NCBI GenBank assembly: GCA_022450665.1
Contig: JAKUPQ010000004.1
Span: 1-63,641, forward strand
Direction: 5' to 3'
DNA from: Alphaproteobacteria bacterium
GTDB taxonomy: Bacteria > Pseudomonadota > Alphaproteobacteria > Rickettsiales > VGDC01
DNA: 63,641 nucleotides
Shown here: positions 28,826 through 39,362 of the stretch, piece by piece
Numbering within the stretch: position 1 is the stretch's first letter
How the letters are laid out: each line of letters starts with the position of its first letter
The notes under the pieces: generated by a model
The model's input: only the letters and a program-made list of their open reading frames with translations
Databases searched by the model: none
Told to the model about the DNA's origin: nothing
Made by a program: the position numbers and the translations under genes

Positions 28826-30327
28826 TTGAAGGGCTGTCTGCCAACGCATCATTAATGATTTTCGCGCTGATCATTCCGCTTTTTGGGGCATTTTTGCTAC
28901 CATTTTTCTCACGTCAGCCTTATCTGCGTGAAACTGTATCTATTACCACCGCGCTGGCTTTATTATTTGTTGTCATACAGTTACTGGATGTTTTTAATAC
29001 CGGCAGCCGCCCCTATGTAGAATTATGGCAAATGATGCCGCAATTTAATTTTGCTTTTGCACTGCGCCCATTAGGTATGATCTTTGCTCTGGTTGCCAGT
29101 AGTCTATGGCTCATTACCACCATTTATGCCATTGGCTATATGCGCGGTAATAACGAGACTGGTCAAACGCGTTTTTATGTCTGCTTTGCCCTTGCAATTA
29201 CGGCAACAATGGGCGTGGCTTTTTCGGCAAATTTATTTACACTATTTGTGTGCTATGAAGCACTCAGCCTTTCCACCTATCCGCTGGTAACCCATAAGGG
29301 TAACAATAATGCCATGCTGGGCGGGCGGGTGTATTTAGGCACATTAATGGGCGCGTCGCTCGGAATGTTTTTGCCTGCCATGCTGATTATCTGGCATGTA
29401 ACGGGCACCCTCGATTTTGCCCGGGGCGGCATTATTCAAGGGCAGTTCACACCGCTGCAAACCGGACTGTTATTAGCAATGCTGGTGTTTGGCATTGCCA
29501 AGGGCGCGCTTATGCCCATGCATCGCTGGCTGCCTGCGGCAATGGTAGCTCCAACCCCTGTAAGTGCGTTGTTGCATGCTGTGGCCGTAGTTAAAGCCGG
29601 CGTTTTTTCCATTGTTATGGTCATTGTATATATCTTTGGTTTTGAATCGCTTATTGAAATTACTATCAGCGATTGGCGTGCTTCGGCATGGCTACCCTAT
29701 GTGGCGTGTTTTACCATTGTGATGTCTTCGCTCATTGCGCTGCGGCAAGATAACCTCAAGCGCCGTCTGGCATATTCTACCATTGGCCAGCTTTCCTATA
29801 TTATTTTAGGCGCTGCATTGCTTGCACCTCTATCGCTGGTAGGCGCGGTGATGCATATTGTTGCGCATGCATTTGGCAAAATAACATTGTTTTTTGCGGC
29901 AGGTGCTATTTATACCGCCAGCCATAAAACGAATGTTAGCGAGCTAAACGGCATTGGCCGCGCAATGCCATGGACAATGGGCGCATTCACCCTTGGCACG
30001 TTATGTATGATTGGCGTACCACCCACCGTTGGCTTTATTGGCAAATGGTATTTGCTTATGGGCGCTGTCGATACAGGGCATTATGTTGCCATTGCCGCGC
30101 TTATTTTGAGTACCTTTTTAAATGCCTCCTATCTTTTGCCAATTGTACATGCGGCATTTTTCAAAAAACCTGATAGCCCGCTTACCCATGGCGAAGCGCC
30201 CAAACCTATATTATGGGCATTGAGCCTGACCAGCCTTGCCACGCTTGTTTTGTTTTTCTATTCTGATGGGCTGTTGCAGATCGCCTGTGAAATACCTTCA
30301 TTATGGGAGCCAATGCACCTGCTATGA
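28822..30327 (+). CDS. Mrp antiporter-like subunit (second MrpD/MrpA-type module)
   Basis: WLPAAMVAPTPVSALLH, LKRRLAYST, HAFGKITLF; start at MIEGL. Confidence 0.88.
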   Translation: MIEGLSANASLMIFALIIPLFGAFLLPFFSRQPYLRETVSITTALALLFVVIQLLDVFNTGSRPYVELWQMMPQFNFAFALRPLGMIFALVASSLWLITTIYAIGYMRGNNETGQTRFYVCFALAITATMGVAFSANLFTLFVCYEALSLSTYPLVTHKGNNNAMLGGRVYLGTLMGASLGMFLPAMLIIWHVTGTLDFARGGIIQGQFTPLQTGLLLAMLVFGIAKGALMPMHRWLPAAMVAPTPVSALLHAVAVVKAGVFSIVMVIVYIFGFESLIEITISDWRASAWLPYVACFTIVMSSLIALRQDNLKRRLAYSTIGQLSYIILGAALLAPLSLVGAVMHIVAHAFGKITLFFAAGAIYTASHKTNVSELNGIGRAMPWTMGAFTLGTLCMIGVPPTVGFIGKWYLLMGAVDTGHYVAIAALILSTFLNASYLLPIVHAAFFKKPDSPLTHGEAPKPILWALSLTSLATLVLFFYSDGLLQIACEIPSLWEPMHLL

Positions 30328-30596
30328 CCCAAACACATACCCATTGCAAAACGGTTGAACCGCAAAAATTTAATACGACATTGCGCAACGTACTGGCCCT
30401 GCTATTTGCCCTCGCACTAGCCGGTTCTGTAGCGTTGCAATTCACGTTCAAGCCGCATCCACATTTTGAATACGATGCCCATTACCTCTTTTACCCTATA
30501 TTTGGGTTGGCAATGTCCATGGGGCTGGTAATCGTGTCTAAAATTCTTGGCTTTATCATCAAGCGCCGCGAGACCTATTGGGAGGAAAAGCCATGA
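30324..30596 (+). CDS. Small 2-TM protein inside the Mrp operon
   Basis: Overlapping stop/start codons with both neighbours; 2 TM; ends KRRETYW. Confidence 0.8.
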   Translation: MTQTHTHCKTVEPQKFNTTLRNVLALLFALALAGSVALQFTFKPHPHFEYDAHYLFYPIFGLAMSMGLVIVSKILGFIIKRRETYWEEKP

Positions 30597-32368
30597 ATCT
30601 GGCACTCATTCCCCCTGGTTTGATTTTGATTATTGGCGGCATTCTTATGCTGTTTGTGGGTCGCCGCTTGCGCGAAGTCCTTACCGTATTGCTGCCAATC
30701 ATTACCTTGGCACAGGTATGGAATGTTGATACCAGCCATTTGGCTACCCTACCTTTTTTAGCGTATGAACTCATAGTGTTGCATGTGCATCCTTACACGC
30801 ATATTTTTGCAACGGTGTTTTGTCTGGCCGCACTAGGGGGAGGAATTTTTGCCCTACACGCCCGCAACTATAAAGAGCAATCTGCCGCCTTTGTTTATGC
30901 TGGTAGTGCGATAGGCGTTACTTTCTCAGGCGATTTAATTACCTTTTTTATCTTTTGGGAGCTTATGGCCATCGCCTCTACCATGGTGATTTGGAGCGCA
31001 GATTCCGAAACATCGCGTAAGGCTGGCATTCGCTATGCACTCATGCATTTTGGTGGCGGCGTGGTTTTGATGGCAGGCATTGTTGCTCATGTATATGTTA
31101 CTAACATCACCGCATTGCCCAGTTTTGAGCTGCATATGGAAGACTGGATATGGACTAGCTCGGTGTTTTTAGAAGAAGCCAAAGTGTATGGCGATTATGA
31201 TCGCTACCTACAGCTAGAATCCCTTGGCATTTGGATGATTTTTATTGGCATTCTGGTCAATGTTGCCGCGCCGCCATTTTCTGCGTGGCTAACCGATGCC
31301 TATCCCGAATCATCGCCCACGGGCATGGTGTTTTTATCAGCCTTTACCACTAAAACCGCCGTATTTGTACTGCTCACGTTATTCACTGGTGTGGAAATAC
31401 TGATATATATCGGATTGTTTATGGTGTTTTATGGCATCGTTATGGCCATATTAGAAAACGATATGCGTAAGATTCTGGCCTATAGCATCATCAATCAGGT
31501 GGGCTTTATGGTTACAGGCATTGGCATTGGCACTGAGTTGGCACAAGATGGCGCAGCGGCACACGCCTTTTGCCACATTATTTATAAGGCCCTATTGTTA
31601 ATGTCGGCTGGCAGTGTGTTACACATGACAGGAAAACGAAAATGCTCTGAGCTGGGCGGCTTGTATCGCACCATGCCCCTCACCTGTATTTGCGGTATCA
31701 TTGGAGCAATGGCAATTTCGGCCTTTCCACTTACCTCGGGTTTTGTTAGTAAATCGCTGATTTCCAGCGCCGCAGCGCATGAAGGGCTGGAATGGATCTG
31801 GTATGCATTGGCCGCCGCTTCTGCTGGAGTATTTCTCCACGCGGGCATTAAATTTCCGTGGTTTGTGTTCTTTCAAAAAGACTCTGGCCTACGTCCCGCC
31901 CCACCGCCACAAAATATGCGGGTTGCTATGGTAGTATTTGCCATTATGTGCATTTTGCCAGGCGCATTTCCACAGCAAACCCTTTATTTTATGCTGCCCG
32001 ATGTGATTACTTATGAGGCGAATACGCTGGAGCATGTAGTGAACCAATTGCAGCTACTGCTCTTTTCCGGACTGGCATTTTTTGTGTGCCTGCCCTTGCT
32101 TAAACGCACCCCCACCATTACCCTCGATTTTGACTGGACATATCGCAGACTTCTTAAAGGATTGTTGATTATACTTGAAAAAATCACCTGTGCGGGATAT
32201 ACAGCAAGTAAATGTGCAGTGCAGCATAGTCTTCGATTCTTTGTTACCAGAGTTGCCCATCTAACAGGCCCCGGCGGTATTTTTGCCGAAACCAAAACTC
32301 TGGCCAATACCACTTTGATTGTGGCAACGTTGCTTGCTGGATATCTGCTACTTTATTACAACGTTTAA
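30593..32368 (+). CDS. Mrp antiporter-like subunit (third MrpD-type module)
   Basis: [33 protein letters not shown]. Confidence 0.88.
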   Translation: MNLALIPPGLILIIGGILMLFVGRRLREVLTVLLPIITLAQVWNVDTSHLATLPFLAYELIVLHVHPYTHIFATVFCLAALGGGIFALHARNYKEQSAAFVYAGSAIGVTFSGDLITFFIFWELMAIASTMVIWSADSETSRKAGIRYALMHFGGGVVLMAGIVAHVYVTNITALPSFELHMEDWIWTSSVFLEEAKVYGDYDRYLQLESLGIWMIFIGILVNVAAPPFSAWLTDAYPESSPTGMVFLSAFTTKTAVFVLLTLFTGVEILIYIGLFMVFYGIVMAILENDMRKILAYSIINQVGFMVTGIGIGTELAQDGAAAHAFCHIIYKALLLMSAGSVLHMTGKRKCSELGGLYRTMPLTCICGIIGAMAISAFPLTSGFVSKSLISSAAAHEGLEWIWYALAAASAGVFLHAGIKFPWFVFFQKDSGLRPAPPPQNMRVAMVVFAIMCILPGAFPQQTLYFMLPDVITYEANTLEHVVNQLQLLLFSGLAFFVCLPLLKRTPTITLDFDWTYRRLLKGLLIILEKITCAGYTASKCAVQHSLRFFVTRVAHLTGPGGIFAETKTLANTTLIVATLLAGYLLLYYNV

Positions 32369-32382
32369 GGGAGGCCTCTCGT

Positions 32383-33696
32383 ATGACCGATAAACCCACC
32401 GCAAAGCTGGATATCGAAGGTAAAGAAAAAATCGAACTGCCTATCTACCGCGCTGTAGAAGGCCCTAGCGTGATCGACATTAGCAACTTATACAAAGAAA
32501 CCGGTTATTTCACCTATGATCCGGGCTTTTTATCAACCGCTGCCTGCGAGTCAAAAATTACTTATATCGATGGCGATGAAGGGATTTTGCGCTATCGCGG
32601 TTATGATATTGCCGATCTTGCAGAAAAAAGCGATTTTTTAGAAGTATGCTATTTGCTGCTTAACGGCGACCTGCCTACGGCAGAAGAAAAAGCAAAATTT
32701 GACCACACTGTGACCATGCACACCATGGTGCATGAGCAATTGCAATTCTTATACCGTGGATTCCCTCGGCGTTCGCACCCTATGGCGGTGTTGGTCGGTG
32801 CAGTTGCGTCGCTTTCTGCTTTTTATCACGATAGTCTGGATATCCAATGTGAACGTGAGCGCGAAATTTCGGCCTTCCGCATGATCGCAAAAATCCCAAC
32901 ACTCGCGGCGATGTCCTACAAATACTCCATTGGTCAGCCTTTTGTGTATCCTGATAATACCCTCAGCTATACTGAGAACTTCTTATACATGATGTTTGCA
33001 ACGCCTTGCGAGCAGTACAAAGTCAGCCCTACCTTAGTGAAGGCGATGGATAAAATATTTATTTTGCATGCCGACCACGAGCAAAATGCCTCTACTTCTT
33101 CAGTACGGTTAACCGGCTCTTCGGGCGCCAATCCGTTTGCATGTATTGGTGCTGGCATTGCTTCGCTTTGGGGCCCTGCCCATGGCGGCGCTAACGAAGC
33201 GGTTATCAATATGCTGCTGGAAATTGGCGATGAAAAGAACATCCCAGAATTTATCGCCCGCGCCAAAGATAAAGACGATCCGTTCCGACTCATGGGCTTT
33301 GGCCACCGTGTGTATAAAAACTACGATCCACGGGCATCGGTTTTGCGCGAGACCTGCCATGAAGTGTTAAACGAGTTAGGCCAGCAAAACGAGCCGTTGC
33401 TAAAAATTGCTATGGAACTAGAGCGTATTGCGCTGGAAGATGAATATTTTGTAGAGCGCAAACTTTATCCCAATGTGGATTTCTATTCGGGTATTATTTA
33501 TCGCGCCATGGGAATTCCGGCGCAGATGTTTACGGTGCTGTTTGCCGTGGCGCGCACCGTGGGCTGGATATCGCAGTGGAAAGAAATGATCGAAGATCCC
33601 GCTCAACGTATTGGCCGACCACGTCAGCTTTTCACAGGATCAGAGCCACGTAAATTTGTGGACATGAACCAACGTAAAGACAACAAAGCCGCCTAA
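32383..33696 (+). CDS. gltA: Citrate synthase (type II)
   Basis: [37 protein letters not shown]. Confidence 0.99.
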   Translation: MTDKPTAKLDIEGKEKIELPIYRAVEGPSVIDISNLYKETGYFTYDPGFLSTAACESKITYIDGDEGILRYRGYDIADLAEKSDFLEVCYLLLNGDLPTAEEKAKFDHTVTMHTMVHEQLQFLYRGFPRRSHPMAVLVGAVASLSAFYHDSLDIQCEREREISAFRMIAKIPTLAAMSYKYSIGQPFVYPDNTLSYTENFLYMMFATPCEQYKVSPTLVKAMDKIFILHADHEQNASTSSVRLTGSSGANPFACIGAGIASLWGPAHGGANEAVINMLLEIGDEKNIPEFIARAKDKDDPFRLMGFGHRVYKNYDPRASVLRETCHEVLNELGQQNEPLLKIAMELERIALEDEYFVERKLYPNVDFYSGIIYRAMGIPAQMFTVLFAVARTVGWISQWKEMIEDPAQRIGRPRQLFTGSEPRKFVDMNQRKDNKAA

Positions 33697-33705
33697 GTTA
33701 ATAGC

Positions 33706-33754
33706 AAAAGCCCGCCTCACACTTCCTACACAAGGAAAGTGGGCGGGCTTTTTT
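33706..33754 (+). terminator. Intrinsic terminator of the mrp-gltA unit
   Basis: AAAAGCCCGCC...GGGCGGGCTTTTTT. Confidence 0.85.
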
Positions 33755-33833
33755 GTATCTATAATCTGGGCATTGCGTGGATATTACTAGCCTACATGCC
33801 ATGCAATACACGGCTAGCAAACATCCAATGCAT

Positions 33834-33868
33834 AAAAAAACCCGCGCCAGATGTGGAGCGGGTTTTTT
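33834..33868 (-). terminator. Intrinsic terminator of the 38-aa peptide gene
   Basis: AAAAAAACCCGC...GCGGGTTTTTT (potentially bidirectional). Confidence 0.8.
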
Positions 33869-33906
33869 AGCGAATCTGTTGAGTGATTCATCTATATTTT
33901 TAGCTA

Positions 33907-34023
33907 TTAGCCGCGACCACCACGTTCTTGTTGGTCACGAGCTGCGCGCTCTGCTTCAACTTGTTCAGCATGTGATGGCTGTGGTGCTTCATTTTCTTCA
34001 ACTACATTGTTTTCATCAGACAT
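33907..34023 (-). CDS. 38-aa peptide, not in the ORF track
   Basis: AGGAGAG RBS; MSDENNVVEENEAPQPSHAEQVEAERAARDQQERGGRG followed by TAA TAG; own promoter motif and terminator. Confidence 0.8.
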   Translation of the reverse strand: MSDENNVVEENEAPQPSHAEQVEAERAARDQQERGGRG

Positions 34024-34104
34024 AATTCTCTCCTGTATCAATAGTTTTTACTATTTTAGTAGGCAAACCATTCGCCTACAGCCTCTATACCATAGCGCAA
34101 CACT

Positions 34105-34121
34105 ATTACGCTTTTATTACA
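34105..34121 (-). promoter_or_regulatory. Pho-box-like direct repeat
   Basis: Minus strand TGTAATAAAAGCGTAAT; TATGGT at 34089-34094 (10-nt gap). Confidence 0.55.
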
Positions 34122-34248
34122 AAAATACAAAAAGTCTTGTAAAATACTTATTTTTTAATCAATTGATTTTTCTAAGGTTTTAATTAACACCAAAAATATG
34201 TTAATCGCAAACCCGCAGTTGGCCGTGAGAATTTTTTTGAAAAAAAAT

Positions 34249-35625
34249 TTAGAAGAAGTCGAGGCTGACAGAAAGAATCTTCTCTACCTTACGCACCTGA
34301 TCCGAAATAGAGAGGATAATTAATCGGTCATGCTCGTTGATAACCGTTTGCTCTTCAGGGATAATAACCTCATCCCCTCTCAGAATCGCGCCTACCAGCA
34401 CACCTTCGGGAAGCTCCAGCATCTCGATGCTTTTACCAATAATGGGCGAGGTTTCGAGTGCTTCTGCCTCTACAATTTCAGCTAATCCGTTACGAATAGA
34501 ATGTACTGCCCGGATTTTTCCGCGCCGCACATGTTGCAAAATACTCGAAATAGTGGTTTCGCGTGGATTGATGGTGATTTCAATGCCCAAATTTGGCAGT
34601 AGCGGCACATATGAGTTATTGTTCACCAAGGTAATGTCGCGTTTGGCACCATAACGCTTGGCCAGCAGCGCCCCCAGAATGTTTACTTCATCGTCGTTAG
34701 TAACGGCAATAAAGGTTTCGGTAATGTCGGTATTCGCCTCCAGAAGAATATCTTTATCCAACCCGCTACCGTTAATAACGACTGTACGCGATAAACGCCC
34801 TACAATTTCTTCGGCGCGTTTTTTAGAGGCTTCAATCACCTTCACTTTGGTGCCGTGGTCGTTATGCTCCAATTCTTGCGCAACATACAGCCCCACGTTC
34901 CCCCCACCCAGAATAATCACACGGCGGGCTTCTTTTTCTTCGTGACCAAACAGCTCAAGAGCAGATTTTACATCGGCGTTATCCGCCACAAAATACACAT
35001 CATCCCCCGCATTCAGCACCATATCGGGGCGCGGAAGCTTAAACTGATCTTTTTGCAATATACCTATGATAGACATTTTAAGCGATTGTGCCCGCTTCAT
35101 CACCAAACTCAGCGGCAAACCCAGTACGGGGCAATCCAACATGCACCGCACTTCTATCACCTTCAGGCGGCCATCGCAAAACGGAATCATATCAATTGCG
35201 CCCGGCTCATGTAGGCGGCGCAAAATGGCGCGTGCGACTTCGCGTTCGGGCGAGATAATTACATCAATTGGCAAATGGTCGCCGCGATATAAATCGCTCC
35301 ACACGGGGTCGAGATAATTTTGGTTGCGTACACGCGCAATTTTCATTGGCACATTAAACAAGGAATGCGCTACCTGACAGGCAACCATGTTCACTTCGTC
35401 ATAGCGCGTTACTGCAATTATCATATCCGCTTCGGAAGCGCGGGCGCGTTCCAGCACATTGGGGTGGGACGCATAACCAACAATGGTGGTCACATCCTGC
35501 GTATCGCGGATTTTTTCAATGAGCTCTTCATTGATGTCAATAACGGTTACATCGTTATCTTCACCAGCAAGATGCTGCGCAATGCTTGCGCCCACCTGCC
35601 CTGCTCCACAGATAATTATTTTCAC
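34249..35625 (-). CDS. trkA: Trk potassium uptake NAD-binding subunit
   Basis: MKIIICGAGQVG, DEVNMVACQ, second RCK domain ILGGGNVG. Confidence 0.97.
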   Translation of the reverse strand: MKIIICGAGQVGASIAQHLAGEDNDVTVIDINEELIEKIRDTQDVTTIVGYASHPNVLERARASEADMIIAVTRYDEVNMVACQVAHSLFNVPMKIARVRNQNYLDPVWSDLYRGDHLPIDVIISPEREVARAILRRLHEPGAIDMIPFCDGRLKVIEVRCMLDCPVLGLPLSLVMKRAQSLKMSIIGILQKDQFKLPRPDMVLNAGDDVYFVADNADVKSALELFGHEEKEARRVIILGGGNVGLYVAQELEHNDHGTKVKVIEASKKRAEEIVGRLSRTVVINGSGLDKDILLEANTDITETFIAVTNDDEVNILGALLAKRYGAKRDITLVNNNSYVPLLPNLGIEITINPRETTISSILQHVRRGKIRAVHSIRNGLAEIVEAEALETSPIIGKSIEMLELPEGVLVGAILRGDEVIIPEEQTVINEHDRLIILSISDQVRKVEKILSVSLDFF

Positions 35626-35690
35626 GCTATATTCCTTGCGCTGTTAGACAGCAGTATACTTGGTTGTACCAACACGGGTGTATTGTACCG

Positions 35691-37082
35691 TTAAGAGACT
35701 TTTTCCTCTGCCGTTATTCCTAGCATTTTTAGCTTACGATGCAAGGCTGAACGTTCCATGCAGATAAAAGAAGAGGTTTTTGAAATATTTCCACCAAAGC
35801 GATTAATCTGCGACATAAGATATTGCCGTTCAAACAATTCGCGTGCATCACGTAAAGGAAGCGCCATAATATCCTGTTTTAACTCCATTTGAAACGCGGC
35901 CATGGAGGAATCAAACAGATCCGATGGTAACATTTCTACCTTAATATGTTCTTTCATGCCACCCGGCGCCATAATCAACAACCATTCCATCACATTGCGT
36001 AGCTGTCGCACATTACCCGGCCAATCATAGCTTTGCAATGCGGCAAGAGTATCTTCCGAAAGCTTGCGTTGCTGCAACCCCGAAGATTCTGCTGCTCGAC
36101 GCAGAAAATATTGTGCCAGCTCAGGAATATCATCGCGGTGATCTTTGAGCGCTGGCATCTTGAGCGGAACCACATTCAAGCGGTAATACAAATCTTCGCG
36201 GAAACGTCCGGCGCGGATTTCTTCGTTTAAATCACGGTTACTGGCTGCAATCACACGCACATCCACCTCAACCCTACGGCTCCCATGCAAACGTTCAAAT
36301 GAGTTCTCTTGCAAGGCGCGAAGAATCTTCCCTTGCGTTTCCAGTGGCATGTCGGCCACTTCGTCTATAAACAAGGTGCCGCGATGAGCGCGTTCGAATG
36401 TGCCTATTTTTTCTGCTCCGCCGCCAGAGTTGCGGGCTTCTTGCCCAAAAAGCTCGGCATCTATCCATTCCGGCGACATACTTGCCGCATTAAGCAACAC
36501 AAACGGCCCTTTGGAACGGCGGGATTTTGCATGAATCACCCGCGCCGCGACTTCTTTGCCGGTTCCTGCAGCGCCGGTAATCAATACGCGGCTATTGGTG
36601 GGCGCGACTTTATCTATAGTGGCGCCGATAGCATTAATGGCATTAGAGCTGCCCACCAGATTACATTCCGCGCTGGAGCGCAGGCGTAATTCTTCGTTTT
36701 CCTGACGTAGTTGGCTGGTTTCTAAGGCGCGCTTAATCACCAGTAGCAAACGATCTTCTTTGAAAGGCTTTTCAATAAAATCATACGCCCCCATCTGAAT
36801 CGACGATACAGCGGTTTCGATATTGCCATGCCCTGAAATCATAATTACCGGCAATTGAGGGTATTTCTTTTTTGCCAGCTCCAACACGCCTAAACCATCC
36901 AACTCACTTCCTTGCAGCCAAATATCCAACACCAGCACCGATGGCACACGCTCTCCCAGCGCTTGCAATGCAGCATCGCTGCTGCCTGCCATACGTGTTC
37001 CGTACCCTTCATCGGAAAGAATATCGGATATAAGCTCACGAATATCTGCTTCATCATCGACAATCAGTACATCTGCTGCCAT
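35691..37082 (-). CDS. ntrX: Response regulator NtrX
   Basis: Receiver domain (LDIWLQGSELDG), AAA+ domain lacking GAFTGA, C-terminal MERSALHRKLK; follows ntrY. Confidence 0.95.
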   Translation of the reverse strand: MAADVLIVDDEADIRELISDILSDEGYGTRMAGSSDAALQALGERVPSVLVLDIWLQGSELDGLGVLELAKKKYPQLPVIMISGHGNIETAVSSIQMGAYDFIEKPFKEDRLLLVIKRALETSQLRQENEELRLRSSAECNLVGSSNAINAIGATIDKVAPTNSRVLITGAAGTGKEVAARVIHAKSRRSKGPFVLLNAASMSPEWIDAELFGQEARNSGGGAEKIGTFERAHRGTLFIDEVADMPLETQGKILRALQENSFERLHGSRRVEVDVRVIAASNRDLNEEIRAGRFREDLYYRLNVVPLKMPALKDHRDDIPELAQYFLRRAAESSGLQQRKLSEDTLAALQSYDWPGNVRQLRNVMEWLLIMAPGGMKEHIKVEMLPSDLFDSSMAAFQMELKQDIMALPLRDARELFERQYLMSQINRFGGNISKTSSFICMERSALHRKLKMLGITAEEKVS

Positions 37083-37106
37083 GCTAATCCCCTTTAGGCT
37101 TTGTTC

Positions 37107-39362
37107 TTATATCTTTATCGGCATTGCCGGTTTTATTTTTTCTTTTGGCCTTTCAACCGGAAAAACCAATCGCACCAACGCGCCGCCTTCGGGGCGGTTT
37201 TCCAGTTCGACTCGGCCATTATGGTCTTCCATAATCTTCTTCACAATTGCCAGCCCTAATCCTGTGCCCTTTGCGCGGGTAGTTACATATGGCTCAAGCA
37301 AGCGGTGGATTTGGTCACCGGGAAAGCCGATGCCGTTATCTTTCACCTCAATAAGGCAAACATCATCTGTTTGCAAACAGGCGACAACAATATGTCCGTT
37401 CGAACTTTCACTGTCACCTGCATCGTTTGCAAAATGTGCATCAATGGCCTCTGCTGCATTTTTTACAAGATTTGTGATGACTTGTCTAACTTGACTTGCA
37501 TCAATTTCAGCAAATATTGGTTTTTCTGACAATTCCAACGCATAGGTTACGTTAGGATGCGCTGTTTCTTCAGAGAAAACTGCCCTTGATATTAAATCAT
37601 TCATGTCCTCGCGAGAAAAACGGGGCGCTGGCATACGGGCAAAACCTACAAATTCCTCCACCATACGCCCAATATCCCCCACATGGCGGATAATTGTATC
37701 GGTATATTTAGCAAAATTCTCATGCTCACTTTCATCCAGTTGCTTAAGATACTTGCGTTTCAAGCGCTGTGCGGAAAGCTGAATCGGGGTAAGCGGGTTT
37801 TTGATTTCATGCGCCACGCGCCGCGCCACATCCGCCCATGCAGCATGACGCTGCGCCGTTACCATTGGCGTTATATCGTCAAACGTCAAAATATAGCTTT
37901 CGAGTTCGCCATCAAACTCCTGTGCCGCCAGACGCGCATGCAATGTAAGTGTTTTATCATTGCGCTGTATGGTCAAATCTGCTTGTTGCAGGCGGTCTGG
38001 TCGCGCCGCTACTTCCCGCATTATCGGTTCAATCTCTGGTAATATTTCATTCACAGCTTTTCCTGTCATATCCTCTTCGGCAGGCAAGCCCAACAGCTGC
38101 TGCGATGAACGGTTGTTCAATGTAATTACGCCAAAGCTATCCAATGCGATCACTCCAGCAGATACTCCTGATAACACTGCTTCGGTAAAGCGTCTGCGAT
38201 TATCTAACTGGCGATTCGCCTTCATTAAATCGCGCCGCTGCGATGCCAGCTGATTTGTCATACGGTTAAATGCGCGGCCTAATGTGCCAAGCTCGTCATT
38301 ATCCGGGCCTTCATCTACCCGCGTGGCATAATCACCTGCCCTGACGCGCTCGGCAGCTTCGACCAAATGCGAAATAGGTACCACCAGCCGCGCCGCAAAA
38401 AACATGCCGTACCATATTGCAGAAAGCAAAAGCAACAACGCCACCAGCACAAACATTATAGAAAATTGAATTTGTATGTTTGATAGCTGAGCGCGAACGG
38501 CGCGATACTCATTCACTGCAGATTGGGCGTTTTCCATATGCTCAACTACGGCGCGGTCTATTAATCGGCCAATAACCAAAAACGCATCGGGCATAGAGCG
38601 TAGCTTCATCACCGCACGAATTTTATCATCATCGGCAATTACCACAATATTTCCTTGTTCTGCACTATCTACCGCTTGTGGAGGCAGCCGCTCGAATGAA
38701 AGCGCAAATGTAAGGTTGGTATGTGCCAGCATCTGCCCGCGCTGTACGATTGCGGCCTCAACCAAGCCACGTAAATTCGCTTGAGCAGTAAGAATTTTAC
38801 TCAAAGCATTGGGTGTGTTAGAGCCCTCATAAAACTCGCGGTCTAGCTCTGATACCATTGAGCGTACATCAGCTTTGATAATGTCACGATGCTCTTTAAG
38901 GTAAGCTTCTGCCACCACCACCGATTCTTCCAAACCGGTATTCACCCGTTCGCTAAACCATGCCTCGATACCAGCATTCAGGAAAAATGCAGAGAATCCC
39001 GCCACCATGATAGTTGGAATCATGGTAACGAGGCTGAACATCACCACAATGCGCATTTGCAGCCGCGATCCGACAGATCCACTTCGTAACTCCAGCCACA
39101 AGCGATATGCCCGATGAGCAACCACTGCAATAAGCGCCAATAACAACGCCAGATTCACCAGCGCCAGCGTAATAATCGTTTCAGGGTCAGGGCCAAAAGG
39201 GTTTTCGCTACGCGTCATTACCACATAGGTAGTAAAAGCTGAAGCAATGGCCGCAATAATAAGCAACAATGCAATATTACGGCTGAAACTAAACTTTTTA
39301 CCCCGTTTAGCTATGACGCTTTGTGATAATGCAGTCCCTTCTTTTGCTGCCCCCTGAGTCAT
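37107..39362 (-). CDS. ntrY: Sensor histidine kinase NtrY
   Basis: TM-HAMP-PAS-HisKA (AWADVARRVAHEIKNPLTPIQLS)-HATPase. Confidence 0.95.
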   Translation of the reverse strand: MTQGAAKEGTALSQSVIAKRGKKFSFSRNIALLLIIAAIASAFTTYVVMTRSENPFGPDPETIITLALVNLALLLALIAVVAHRAYRLWLELRSGSVGSRLQMRIVVMFSLVTMIPTIMVAGFSAFFLNAGIEAWFSERVNTGLEESVVVAEAYLKEHRDIIKADVRSMVSELDREFYEGSNTPNALSKILTAQANLRGLVEAAIVQRGQMLAHTNLTFALSFERLPPQAVDSAEQGNIVVIADDDKIRAVMKLRSMPDAFLVIGRLIDRAVVEHMENAQSAVNEYRAVRAQLSNIQIQFSIMFVLVALLLLLSAIWYGMFFAARLVVPISHLVEAAERVRAGDYATRVDEGPDNDELGTLGRAFNRMTNQLASQRRDLMKANRQLDNRRRFTEAVLSGVSAGVIALDSFGVITLNNRSSQQLLGLPAEEDMTGKAVNEILPEIEPIMREVAARPDRLQQADLTIQRNDKTLTLHARLAAQEFDGELESYILTFDDITPMVTAQRHAAWADVARRVAHEIKNPLTPIQLSAQRLKRKYLKQLDESEHENFAKYTDTIIRHVGDIGRMVEEFVGFARMPAPRFSREDMNDLISRAVFSEETAHPNVTYALELSEKPIFAEIDASQVRQVITNLVKNAAEAIDAHFANDAGDSESSNGHIVVACLQTDDVCLIEVKDNGIGFPGDQIHRLLEPYVTTRAKGTGLGLAIVKKIMEDHNGRVELENRPEGGALVRLVFPVERPKEKIKPAMPIKI

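Noticed and set aside
24565..32368. Three MrpD-like subunits and E-F-G-first gene order
   Set aside because: Matches a known variant arrangement of Mrp operons seen in other bacteria; not unusual by itself.
33777..34025. Plus-strand 82-aa ORF
   Set aside because: It runs through a terminator and is antisense to the 38-aa ORF, which has the RBS, promoter and terminator.
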